Assembly: GCA_019639075.1 (NCBI GenBank)
Contig: JAHBSO010000008.1
Location: 10,330 to 74,329, forward strand
DNA length: 64,000 nucleotides
Direction: 5' to 3'
From: Actinomycetota bacterium
GTDB lineage: Bacteria; Actinomycetota; Acidimicrobiia; Acidimicrobiales; Iamiaceae
The first letter of the stretch is position 1; the number at the start of each line of letters is the position of its first letter. Below the pieces are notes generated by a model that saw only the letters and a program-made list of their open reading frames with translations, was not told where the DNA came from and ran no database searches. Shown piece by piece: positions 9,286-20,911 of this stretch. The position numbers and the translations under genes are program-made.

Positions 9286-10209
9286 ATGCCCCGCCGTGTC
9301 CCGCTCGCGATCGCCGCCGCGCTGCTCGGCGCGGCCACGCTGGCCGGCTGCGGGTCGTCGGGTGGGGGCAGCACTGACGGCGCCTCGGTCACGGTGGTCG
9401 CGTCCTTCTACCCCCTCCAATGGGTCGCCCAGCAGGTGGGTGGGAGCGACGTGTCGGTGTCGAACCTCACGGCCACCGGAGCCGAACCGCACGACCTGGA
9501 GCTGACGCCCCGCGACGTCGCCTCAATGAGCGACGCCGACCTCGTCGTCTACCTCGCCGGGTTCCAGCCCGCGGTCGACGACGCGGTCCGCGACGCCGGC
9601 GCCACGGGCTTCGACGTGGCCGCGGCCGCCGACCTGGACCTGACGACGGACGGCGATGACGACCACGAACACGCCGACGAGGCAGGGACGACCGACTTCC
9701 ACTTCTGGCTCGACCCGACCCGCCTCGCGTCGGTCGGCGACGCCCTCGCGGTGCAGCTCGGCGAGGTCGACCCCGACCGGGCCGCGACCTACGAGGCCAA
9801 CGCGAAGCGGGTGCGCACCGACCTCGAGGCCCTCGACCAGGACCTCACCGACGGACTGGCCGACTGCCGCAGCCGCGACATCGTCACGAGCCACAGCGCC
9901 TTCGGCTACCTGGCGCAGCGCTACGACCTCGTCCAGGTCGGCATCTCCGGGCTGAGCCCCAACAGCGAGCCGTCCCCGGCGGATCTCGCCGCGGCCACCG
10001 CGTTCGTCGAGGACCACGACGTGCGGACGATCTACTTCGAGACGCTGGTGAGCTCCGACATCGCCGAGACCATCGCCTCGGAGACCGGCGCCGAGACCGC
10101 GGTGCTCGATCCCATCGAGGGCCTGACGGACGCCTCGAAGGGTGACGACTACCTTGAGATCATGCGTTCGAACCTGGCGAGCCTGCAGGCCGGTCAGCCC
10201 TGCCCCTGA
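9286..10209 (+). CDS. znuA: Zinc ABC transporter substrate-binding lipoprotein
   Basis: LAGC lipobox, ASFYPL, AEPHDLEL, His/Asp loop, HFWLDP, SHSAFGYL. Confidence 0.92.
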   Translation: MPRRVPLAIAAALLGAATLAGCGSSGGGSTDGASVTVVASFYPLQWVAQQVGGSDVSVSNLTATGAEPHDLELTPRDVASMSDADLVVYLAGFQPAVDDAVRDAGATGFDVAAAADLDLTTDGDDDHEHADEAGTTDFHFWLDPTRLASVGDALAVQLGEVDPDRAATYEANAKRVRTDLEALDQDLTDGLADCRSRDIVTSHSAFGYLAQRYDLVQVGISGLSPNSEPSPADLAAATAFVEDHDVRTIYFETLVSSDIAETIASETGAETAVLDPIEGLTDASKGDDYLEIMRSNLASLQAGQPCP

Positions 10210-10244
10210 CCGATGCTCCGGCTCCCGCGCTGTCGTTCCGACAC

Positions 10245-10985
10245 GTGCGGCTGGGCTACGCCGACCGTCCCTCGGTCGTCGAGGCGGACCTGACGATCGA
10301 CCGCGGCGAGGTCGTCGCGGTCGTCGGACCGAACGGATCGGGCAAGTCGACGCTGGTGCGGTCCGTCTTCGGCCTCGCGCAGGTGCAGGCCGGATCGGTC
10401 GAGATCTTCGGCACCGACCGCCGACGCTTCCGGGACTGGTCCCGGGTCGGGTACGTGCCGCAGCGCAACACCGTCGTGGGCGGGATCCCGTCGACGGTCC
10501 GGGAGGTCGTCACCGCCGGACTGGTCGCCGGGCGGCACTGGCTCCGGCCGCTGCGGTCCGCCGACCGAGCCCGCGTCGAGGCCGCTATCGCGTCGGTCGG
10601 GCTCGACCAGAAGACCGGTGAGCCGATCGCGACCCTGTCGGGCGGCCAGCAACGACGGGTCCTCATCGCGCGGGCGCTGGCCCCTGACCCCGAGCTGCTC
10701 GTGCTCGACGAGCCGACGGCCGGGGTCGACGTCGAGAACCAGCAGACGCTGGCGACGATCCTCGGCGAGTTGGCTGCCGCGGGAACGACCCTGGTGCTGG
10801 TGACCCACGAGATGGGTCCGACCCGCCCGATCATCACCCGCACGATCGCGATGCGCGACGGCGCGGTCGCCTACGACGGGCCGGAGTCGGGGGCGCCCGA
10901 CGAGCACGATGACGCGTGGCACCACGAGCACGGCCACGAACCCGAGCGCTCGAGCGGGACCGGACTCGAGGGGTTCGGGTCGTGA
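10245..10985 (+). CDS. znuC: Zinc ABC transporter ATPase (possible CTG start at 10206)
   Basis: GPNGSGKS, GYVPQ, LSGGQQRR, LDEPTAGVD; His-rich tail. Confidence 0.92.
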   Translation: MRLGYADRPSVVEADLTIDRGEVVAVVGPNGSGKSTLVRSVFGLAQVQAGSVEIFGTDRRRFRDWSRVGYVPQRNTVVGGIPSTVREVVTAGLVAGRHWLRPLRSADRARVEAAIASVGLDQKTGEPIATLSGGQQRRVLIARALAPDPELLVLDEPTAGVDVENQQTLATILGELAAAGTTLVLVTHEMGPTRPIITRTIAMRDGAVAYDGPESGAPDEHDDAWHHEHGHEPERSSGTGLEGFGS

Positions 10986-11809
10986 TCGCCGTCGAGGTGC
11001 TCCAGTACGACTTCATGCAGCGCGCGCTCATCGCCGCGGTGCTCGTCGGTCTCACGGCGCCGTCGGTCGGGGTCTTCCTCGTCCAGCGCGGCCTCTCGCT
11101 CATCGGCGACGGCCTCGGGCACGTGGCGCTCACCGGCGTGGCGGTCGGTCTCGTCACCGCCCGGTCGCCGGTGCTGACCGCGCTGGTGGCGGCGGTCATC
11201 GGCGCCGTCGCCGTCGAGGTGGTCCGCCACCGCGGTCGCACCGGGGGCGACGTCGCGCTCGCGGTGCTCTTCTACGGCGGCATCGCCGGTGGCGTGGTGA
11301 TCGTGTCGCAGGCGCCGCCCGGTCGGCCGGCCAACCTCGACGCCTACCTGTTCGGTGCGATCACGACGACCACGACGTCGGACCTCTGGACGTTCGCTGT
11401 CCTGGCCGCGGCGGTCCTGCTCGTGACGGTCGGGATGCGGCGCGTGCTCTACGCCGTGGCGATCGACGAGGAGCACGCGTCGGCCTCGGGGCTGCCCGTG
11501 CTCGGCCTGAACCTGCTGCTCGCCGTCGTCACCGCGGTGAGCGTCGTCGTGGCCATGCGCGTGGTCGGCCTGCTCCTGATCAGCGCCCTCATGATCGTGC
11601 CGATCGCCGCCGCGCAGGTCCTGGCCCGGAGCTTCCGCGCCACCACGGTGCTGGGCTGCGTGCTCGGGGTCGTGTCCGCCGTCGTCGGCGTCACCACGTC
11701 GTTCTACGCCGACACGCCCTCCGGGGGCACGATCGTCCTCGTCGCCATCGCCCTCTTCGCGATCGCCCTCGCCGTCAACGCGCTCCGCGGCGCGATCGCC
11801 GGTCGCTGA
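10982..11809 (+). CDS. znuB: Zinc ABC transporter permease
   Basis: FMQRAL...GDGLGHVALTGVA...VVGLLLISALMIVP. Confidence 0.92.
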   Translation: MIAVEVLQYDFMQRALIAAVLVGLTAPSVGVFLVQRGLSLIGDGLGHVALTGVAVGLVTARSPVLTALVAAVIGAVAVEVVRHRGRTGGDVALAVLFYGGIAGGVVIVSQAPPGRPANLDAYLFGAITTTTTSDLWTFAVLAAAVLLVTVGMRRVLYAVAIDEEHASASGLPVLGLNLLLAVVTAVSVVVAMRVVGLLLISALMIVPIAAAQVLARSFRATTVLGCVLGVVSAVVGVTTSFYADTPSGGTIVLVAIALFAIALAVNALRGAIAGR

Positions 11810-13106
11810 GGGGGCGACGTCGTCGGCGGAGCTGGTAGGTGCGTTCGCCGACCACGGTCAGGGCGGCGATGACAGCCATGAGCACGAGGTCCTGCGGACG
11901 GTTCCCGGCGATGTGCGCGAGCAGCGCGACGAGCGCTCCGACGCACATGACCGCTCCCAGGACCGACAGCCACCGTCGGCTCGAGGTCCGGTCGGCCAGT
12001 CGGACGTTCGCCGCGTTGACCGCGGCGAACACGATGAGGAACGCGGCCGACGCCATCGACGAGATCGCCTCCAACGGCACCAGGTTGGCGACGAGGAGCG
12101 CGAAGCCGGCCGTCAGGAAGAGTCCGACCAGCGGCTTGCCGGCGATCTGGTCCTCGAGCGCCGAGGGCAGCTCGCCGTCGAGGGCGATGTCGACGCTCAG
12201 CCGAGCGGTCCCGTAGAGCGTGGCGTTGATCGCTGACGCGGTGGACAGCAGGGCGGCGACCACGATCAGATCGAAGCCGACGCTCCCCCACACCCGCTGC
12301 GCCGCTTCCGCGAGGGCGAAGTCGGCGGCCCGGACGATCTCGGTGGCGCTGAGGAGCCCTACTGTCACCACCGCGACGAGCATGTAGAGCACGATCGTGA
12401 AGAGCACCGAGGTGTACAGGGCCCGCGGGATCGTGCGCTTCGGATCCCGGATGTCCTCGGCCGCGTTCGCGATCAACTCGAAGCCCTCGTAGGCCACGAA
12501 CACCAACATGCCGCCGGCCACGAGCGATCCCGGGCGCTCCCAGTGCGAGGGCGTCGATGCGCTCAGGTCCGTGCGGGTCATCGCGTACGCGACGAACGCC
12601 ACGAGGATCGCGATCTTGGCCGCCACGATGTAGTCCTCCGCCGCGGCGATGAGCTTCGCGCTCAGGACGTTCAGCGCGGTGAACACCACGATCGCAGCCG
12701 TGATCAGGACGTGGGACCACGCCGCCTGTGATCCAGCGGACGCGAACGTCGCGCCGTAGGACCCGAACGCATACGCGTAGAGCGACGTGGTGATCACGTA
12801 CGCGATCCACAGCAGCACGTTCAGCGAGCCGGTCAGCGTGCCCTCGCCGAACGCCTCGTCGAGGTAGGACACGGTGCCCCCGTCGGACGGGATCGCCACC
12901 GAGAGCCGGGCGTAGGAGTAGGCGGTGACGAGGGCGACGAGGCCGGCGACGAGGAACGCGACGTAGGTGCCGCCGCCCCCCACCTCCGCCGCGAGGCCCA
13001 GCACCGCGAAGATCCCGCCGCCGACCATCCCGCCGACGCCGATCGACACCGCCGAGAGGAGGCCGATCGTACCGGTCGACGACGGTTGCGGGGTGGTCTG
13101 GGTCAC
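11775..13106 (-). CDS. APC family amino acid permease
   Basis: GVGGMVGGGIF, FVAYEGFELIANAAE, about 12 TM segments. Confidence 0.9.
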   Translation of the reverse strand: MTQTTPQPSSTGTIGLLSAVSIGVGGMVGGGIFAVLGLAAEVGGGGTYVAFLVAGLVALVTAYSYARLSVAIPSDGGTVSYLDEAFGEGTLTGSLNVLLWIAYVITTSLYAYAFGSYGATFASAGSQAAWSHVLITAAIVVFTALNVLSAKLIAAAEDYIVAAKIAILVAFVAYAMTRTDLSASTPSHWERPGSLVAGGMLVFVAYEGFELIANAAEDIRDPKRTIPRALYTSVLFTIVLYMLVAVVTVGLLSATEIVRAADFALAEAAQRVWGSVGFDLIVVAALLSTASAINATLYGTARLSVDIALDGELPSALEDQIAGKPLVGLFLTAGFALLVANLVPLEAISSMASAAFLIVFAAVNAANVRLADRTSSRRWLSVLGAVMCVGALVALLAHIAGNRPQDLVLMAVIAALTVVGERTYQLRRRRRPLSDRRSRRGAR

Positions 13107-13169
13107 GTCGTGACGTTCGTACCACGCCGATCACGGGACCGTCGTCGACCGCATGTCCCGAGACGTCGG

Positions 13170-13913
13170 TCAGAGCCTGAAGACGAAGACGCGATCGCCG
13201 TCGGCGGCGATGCCGGCCTTGGCGCAACGGGCGCCGATCGCATCCGGGTTGACGCTCACCGGCCAGTCATCGAGGCCGAGATCGTCGAGGATCCGTCGGG
13301 CCGCCGCCGCGGCCTCGTCGGCGGTCAGGCAGTCGATCGAGTTGATCTCCTCGACGATGCGGTCCTGGAGCTCGACTCTCGTCGCCACGATCGGATCGGC
13401 CGTGGCCTCGGGATCGAGCGGGGTCATGCCGGCCCCGACGCAGACGTCGCGCGGGCCGGGCAGGACCTCGATGGTCCCGCGGTCGTCCACGCAGGCGGTG
13501 AGCTCGTCGGGGCGGCCCTCGGTGCCCAGCTCCCCGAACGAGCCGTCGGCCCACCGGGCCCGGCAGCTCTCGACGGGATCGGGACCGAAGGGCACGACGA
13601 TCGCGTCCGCGTCCGCCGTCGGCTCGGCCCGGCAGACGACACCGACCTCGGGCCGGGGCTCGGGACCGCGCTCGACCAGCGCGGCGACCGCGGTGCCGCT
13701 CACCGCTGCGACGCCGATCCCGACGCCGACGATCAGGCCGCGCCGACGACGCACCCTCGTGACCCGGCGACGACGGCCCTCGGCCATCGCCCGCTCGGTC
13801 AGCTCGGCCATGCGCTCGTCCGACATCGGGTCGAAGCCCACGGGCGCGGGCGGATCGGTACGGAGCCAACGACCGAGTTCCTCGATCGGGAGGCGGGCCT
13901 CCTCAGCCGTCAT
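13170..13913 (-). CDS. Putative membrane-anchored anti-sigma factor with Cys-rich extracellular domain
   Basis: Overlaps the ECF sigma stop; RRRR plus one TM; six extracellular Cys. Confidence 0.65.
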   Translation of the reverse strand: MTAEEARLPIEELGRWLRTDPPAPVGFDPMSDERMAELTERAMAEGRRRRVTRVRRRRGLIVGVGIGVAAVSGTAVAALVERGPEPRPEVGVVCRAEPTADADAIVVPFGPDPVESCRARWADGSFGELGTEGRPDELTACVDDRGTIEVLPGPRDVCVGAGMTPLDPEATADPIVATRVELQDRIVEEINSIDCLTADEAAAAARRILDDLGLDDWPVSVNPDAIGARCAKAGIAADGDRVFVFRL

Positions 13914-14459
13914 CGGTCGACCTCCTCGGGGGCTCGTACACGTCGAGGAAGGCGCGACGGGCCCGCATGAGGCGCGTCCGGGCCGCGGCCGGTGAGATCC
14001 CCAGGGCAAGGGCGACGGCCGGACCGTCGTGGCCGGCGGCGTCGAGGGCGAGCACCTCCCGGTGCGAGTCGGAGAGCTGGGCCCACGCGGCCCGGATCTC
14101 GTCGTGATCGGGGTCGGGGTCCCAGCCACCGGAACCGAGGTAGGCGTCCTCGGCCGACGGCCGCGCCGCCGCCGGCTCCCGGTCGATGCGGTCGCGCAGT
14201 CGACGCCGGGTCATCGCCCGGCGGGCGGAGTTGGCGGTGAGGTTGCGGGCCGTGCGGAGCAGCCACTTCCGGACCACCTCGGGCGAGCGACCCTCGAGCT
14301 GGTCCATGCGCACGTACGCCGTGGTGAACACCTCCGACCACAGGTCCTGGCGGGCCGCAGCGTCGCGCTCGAACGACGCGAGCAGGCCTCGACCGCGCGA
14401 CCGTGATCGGCGACGAGCGCGCGGACCAGCCGGTCGGCGTCGCCCTCGTCCGTGGTCAC
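13903..14459 (-). pseudogene. ECF RNA polymerase sigma factor with a 1-bp frameshift near 14385
   Basis: N-terminal LVADHGRAVEA is in one frame; QDLWSEVF..KWLLRTARN..LSDSHREVL..LMRARR is in another; GAG GCC TGC would read GAG GCC CTG with one more C. Confidence 0.75.
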
Positions 14460-14766
14460 GTCGACACCCCGCACCTCGTCGACACCCGCCCGGGGACCTC
14501 CCGGCGGGCGCCCACGGCCATCGTGGCAGACCGGGCACCGACGAGCAGGCCACCTCAGGGTCGAGCAAGGATCCGGTGCAGCGCCCGCCGGACGCCGCCC
14601 GTTCGTCCTCGTGCATGATCCACCTACCTCCGGCGGACGGACCCGTCCCCCGCCTTGACCAAGTGTCGGGAGGTCACCGATGTGTCGCGCGGCACCTGAG
14701 GATCGGTCGACCTCGGTCCCCAACTCCTTCGGGCATCGCTCGCGACCGCCGGTAGCGTCGCCGCCC

Positions 14767-15777
14767 ATGAGCACCGGGTCCGCCGATCACCTCGCCGGAC
14801 CCCCGATCGGGGAACCGGCCGGTGCCCCGATCGCGACCGACGCGGCCGAGCGTCGCCGGGGCGTGCTCGCCGGCTTCGCCGCGTACTCGATCTGGGGCAC
14901 GTTCCCGCTCGTCTTCCATCGGTTGCGCGACGTCGGCGCGCTCGAGGTGCTCGCCCATCGCATCACGTGGTCGTTCCTCGTCGTGGTCGGGATCCTCGTG
15001 ATCCGCCGGGACCCCACGTGGCTGCAGATCCTCCTCCGCGGCGGCGCCGAGCGGGCCCGGCTGGTGGCCGCAGCCGTCTGCATCAGCATCAACTGGCTGG
15101 TCTACGTGTGGGCCGTCGGCCAGGAGCGGGTCGTCGAGGCCGCGCTCGGCTACTACATCAACCCCCTGCTCACCGTGGCCCTCGGGGTGGTCGTCCTCCG
15201 GGAGCACCTGAGCCGGGCGCAGGCTGCGGCCCTCGTGCTGGCCGCGGTCGCGGTCGCCGTGCTCACGGTGTCCTACGGCCAGGTCCCCTGGATCTCGCTG
15301 GTGCTGGCGTGCAGCTTCGCCGGCTACTCGTACCTGAAGAAGGCGGTGTCGAGCACCGCGGTCACGTCGCTGGCGGTCGAGACCGCGATCCTGCTTCCGT
15401 TCGCGGTGGCCGGGCTCGTGGTCCTCGAGGTCCGCGGCGACGCCGCGTTCCTCCACGGATCGACGGGGCAGGACCTGCTGCTGCTGTCGCTCGGCATCAT
15501 CACCGCGACCCCGTTGCTGCTGTTCGCGGCCTCGGCCAGGCGCGTGCCGCTGGTGCTGCTCGGCCTGCTCCAGTACCTCACCCCGACCCTCCAGCTCGTC
15601 CTCGGCGTGGCCGTGCTGCACGAGGAGCTGCCGCCGGATCGGCTCGCCGGCTTCGTGCTGGTGTGGTCGGCCCTCGTGGTGCTGGGGGTGGACGCGGGCC
15701 GGCGGGCCCGATCGGCCGGCCGACGCGACGTCGCACCCGAGCAGTTCGCCACCGGCGCGGTCGCGCCGGAACCGTAG
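14767..15777 (+). CDS. rarD: EamA/DMT family transporter RarD
   Basis: AHRITWS, INWLVYVWAV, ALGYYINPL, GLLQYLTP. Confidence 0.9.
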   Translation: MSTGSADHLAGPPIGEPAGAPIATDAAERRRGVLAGFAAYSIWGTFPLVFHRLRDVGALEVLAHRITWSFLVVVGILVIRRDPTWLQILLRGGAERARLVAAAVCISINWLVYVWAVGQERVVEAALGYYINPLLTVALGVVVLREHLSRAQAAALVLAAVAVAVLTVSYGQVPWISLVLACSFAGYSYLKKAVSSTAVTSLAVETAILLPFAVAGLVVLEVRGDAAFLHGSTGQDLLLLSLGIITATPLLLFAASARRVPLVLLGLLQYLTPTLQLVLGVAVLHEELPPDRLAGFVLVWSALVVLGVDAGRRARSAGRRDVAPEQFATGAVAPEP

Positions 15778-15789
15778 GGCCGAGGAAGG

Positions 15790-16395
15790 TCAGGAGCCCC
15801 CGTCGCTCGGGGCGTCGACGTCGGGGTTCTCGACCACGAGCGGCGGGATCAACGTGACGCCCTCGGGGGTCGTGTACTCCTCGTCGGTCGCGGTCGCGCC
15901 CTGGCCCGGATCGATGTCGGGGTTCTCGACCACCTTCGGCGGGATCAGCGTGACGCCCTCCGGTGTCGTGTACTCCTGCTCGGTCGCGTCCGAGGCCGGT
16001 GCGTCCGATGCGTCGCCGCGACTGCCCACGGCGACGAACCCGCCGACGACGACGCCGGCGACCACGACCGCACCGGCGAGCTGGAGGCGACGTGCGCGAA
16101 GGCGGTCAAGGAGCGAGCGGGCGTGCGCCGGCGGCATGGCGAGCACGGCCTCGATCTCGGCGATCAGGCGATCGGCGTCGAGGTCGAGCGCCTCGGCGAG
16201 CGCGTCGACGTCGTCGTCACGGACCTCGGCGAGTCGGACGACCCGGTGACCACGGCACTCCTCGACGAGGTCGACGTAGACCTCGAGCACCTCGCGGTTG
16301 GACGCCTCGGTGCCGAACACCCGCTCGTGGTCGGCCATCACCAGCGCCCCGCGCTCGGCGTCGTACCGGACCTGTCGCTCGACATCTGTCGACAT
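15790..16395 (-). CDS. Membrane protein with BldD-C-terminal-like domain and a duplicated extracellular motif
   Basis: YVDLVEECRGH-x8-RDDDVDALA aligns by eye to the BldD CTD; one TM; two EYTTPEGVTLIPPxVVENPD copies. Confidence 0.6.
   Translation of the reverse strand: MSTDVERQVRYDAERGALVMADHERVFGTEASNREVLEVYVDLVEECRGHRVVRLAEVRDDDVDALAEALDLDADRLIAEIEAVLAMPPAHARSLLDRLRARRLQLAGAVVVAGVVVGGFVAVGSRGDASDAPASDATEQEYTTPEGVTLIPPKVVENPDIDPGQGATATDEEYTTPEGVTLIPPLVVENPDVDAPSDGGS
15821..15977 (-). repeat. Intragenic direct repeat, 96-bp period, two copies
   Basis: TCGGGGTTCTCGACCAC...GTACTCCT starts at 15821 and 15917. Confidence 0.8.
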
Positions 16396-16587
16396 CTGTC
16401 ACCACCTTCTGCTCGCGCTTCGCCACATCATCGGCCCGGCGCCCGACGCGCACAAGCCCCGGGCACCGAAATTCCGACGCTGCAGGGTCCGACGACCACG
16501 CTGCGTGCCTTCTCAGGTTCGGGTGACATCGGGCATTCTGGTCGCGCGGTTTGCATCTCCGAGTGCACGAGTCGCTAGCCTTCTGTC

Positions 16588-16635
16588 GGTGTCCCCGCCT
16601 CTCCGGATCCCGCCCCGGATCGAGGCGGGGACACC
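16588..16635. terminator. Strong hairpin with 14-bp perfect arms
   Basis: GGTGTCCCCGCCTC / GAGGCGGGGACACC downstream of the PemK-like gene. Confidence 0.6.
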
Positions 16636-16705
16636 TCGTTCCACCGGGTGATCAGCGGTCGTTCCTCATGATGAACCGATGGCCCGCACCCTCACGACCC
16701 GCAGG

Positions 16706-17188
16706 TCAGTGATGCCAGTCGTGGATCTGCTCGACCCGCTGCAACACGGCCTCGAACCGCTCGCGCGGGAGTGCCGCACCCTCGCGCCGCACCGCTGACG
16801 GAGCGAACCGCAGGAGGCGCGAAGCGTCGGCGAAGCTGGGTCGTCCCTGCCGGTCCCACGCGCCCGAACCCACCGGCACCCAGTCGTGCTCGTCGCGCCG
16901 CCCGTCGTGGTCCTGCGACGACAGCTGCACCCCCGCAAGCAGCGGCCCGTCGTGGCCGAGGACGAGGACCGGACGATCCTTACCCTGGCTCGGATCGTCC
17001 TCGTAGGGCACCCAGGTCCACACCACCTCACCCGGATCGGCATCGCCGTCGCGCTCCGGCGCGTACGACACCGCGATGCCATCGGTGCCTTCGGTGTCGC
17101 CTCCGGCTCCCGACGCGCTGCGGTCGCGCTTGCGCTGCACCGCGCGGGCCAGCTTCGAGGCCAGCAGGCCGAGGTTGAGTCCACCCAT
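16706..17188 (-). CDS. Orphan PemK/MazF-like protein (actinobacterial type)
   Basis: YAPERDGDADPGEVVWTWVPYEDDPSQGKDRPVLV...GAWDRQGRPS. Confidence 0.85.
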   Translation of the reverse strand: MGGLNLGLLASKLARAVQRKRDRSASGAGGDTEGTDGIAVSYAPERDGDADPGEVVWTWVPYEDDPSQGKDRPVLVLGHDGPLLAGVQLSSQDHDGRRDEHDWVPVGSGAWDRQGRPSFADASRLLRFAPSAVRREGAALPRERFEAVLQRVEQIHDWHH

Positions 17189-17216
17189 GTCCCGATCGTA
17201 GAGCGCGTCGATGACC

Positions 17217-17498
17217 CTACGAACAGACGCAGGGCAGGCCGGCGCAGCGCGGACAGCCGGCCGCGTAGCGCCCCGCCGCGTCGTCGAGCGAGAGGTCGAG
17301 CTGGTGGGCCAGCGACGCCAGCCAGGCCAGGACGTCGGACAGCTCGTGGCGCTGCTCGGCGACGGTGCCCTTGCGCACCGCCTGCGCGAGCTCGCCGAGC
17401 TCCTCGCACAACCACGCGACCGTGGCCGCCCGGCCCCGAGCCCGGTCCCGTTCGCCGTAGGTCCGGGCGATGACGTCCTGGAACTCGCTGATCTCCAC
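17217..17498 (-). CDS. MazG-like nucleotide pyrophosphohydrolase
   Basis: WLCEELGELAQA...HELSDVLAWL; C-terminal CPRC..PCVC. Confidence 0.88.
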   Translation of the reverse strand: MEISEFQDVIARTYGERDRARGRAATVAWLCEELGELAQAVRKGTVAEQRHELSDVLAWLASLAHQLDLSLDDAAGRYAAGCPRCAGLPCVCS

Positions 17499-17524
17499 GA
17501 CCGGCGAGCCTACGGGGGCGGTGG

Positions 17525-20186
<2,662 letters not shown>

Positions 20187-20246
20187 GGCCGCACAAGGTA
20201 CCGGCTGCCCTCGCGAACTCCCCAACCCCTCGGTCGGTGCGTGCGG

Positions 20247-20795
20247 TCAGAACTCCGAGCCCAGCGGGTCGGGCGGGATCTCCGGGCCGTCGATCATCAC
20301 GCCCCACGACCGGAGCTGAGCGATCCCGGTCGGGATGTCGCCACCGACCAGGGTGCACAGCGCCTTCAGGTCGTCGTGGCGCAGCGACATGACCTTGCCG
20401 TTGAAGTCCTGGCGGGCCTCGACGATGGACTGGACGAACCGCCGGATCGGCGCCGCCGGGTCGATCTTCGACAGGGCGACCAGGTCGAGCACGATCTTGC
20501 GACGCTCGGGCGACGGGTCGGCCACGGTCTGCTCGCCGAGCAGGACCGCCACCGGAACCTTGTAGAAGTCGGCGAGGGCCTTCAGCCGCGGCAGCGACAG
20601 GGTCCGGAACCCGCGCTCGTACGCGCCGACCGCCGACGCGCTCCACCGGCCGTCCGAACGGGCCTCGACCTCGGCCAGCGAGAGCCCCTGCGCCTGGCGG
20701 ATCGCGCGGAGCCGTTGGCCGACGGCGAAGGTGTACGCCTCCTCGTCCTGCTCGTCGCCGCGCGCCGCGGCGCGGTCGCCCTTCCTGTCGGCCAT
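20247..20795 (-). CDS. bldD: BldD-like XRE transcriptional regulator
   Basis: LRAIRQAQGLSL...GRW...GAYERG...LADFY; CTD RQD-FNGKVMSL-RHDD; C-terminal SWGV. Confidence 0.85.
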   Translation of the reverse strand: MADRKGDRAAARGDEQDEEAYTFAVGQRLRAIRQAQGLSLAEVEARSDGRWSASAVGAYERGFRTLSLPRLKALADFYKVPVAVLLGEQTVADPSPERRKIVLDLVALSKIDPAAPIRRFVQSIVEARQDFNGKVMSLRHDDLKALCTLVGGDIPTGIAQLRSWGVMIDGPEIPPDPLGSEF

Positions 20796-20911
20796 CGGAC
20801 CATTGTGGCCGCCCGTCCGACGCCGGGAGCGGTTCTCACCCGCCACCGCCCGCGAGACGGCACGCACGCCGAGTACCGGCCGCGCGACCGCGCCGGTACC
20901 ATGCGCCGCCG

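Noticed and set aside
11775-11809. Convergent 35-bp overlap of znuB and the APC permease as antisense regulation
   Set aside because: Short tail-to-tail overlaps are common in compact high-GC genomes, and nothing else supports a regulatory role.
6837-14500. Genomic island integrated at tRNA-Pro
   Set aside because: No integrase, no visible duplicate of the tRNA 3' end, and no obvious compositional shift.
16400-16705. c-di-GMP-I riboswitch upstream of the BldD-CTD-like gene
   Set aside because: GCAAACC is present on the minus strand, but the GNRA tetraloop stem and the GACGCAAAGC-like junction are absent.
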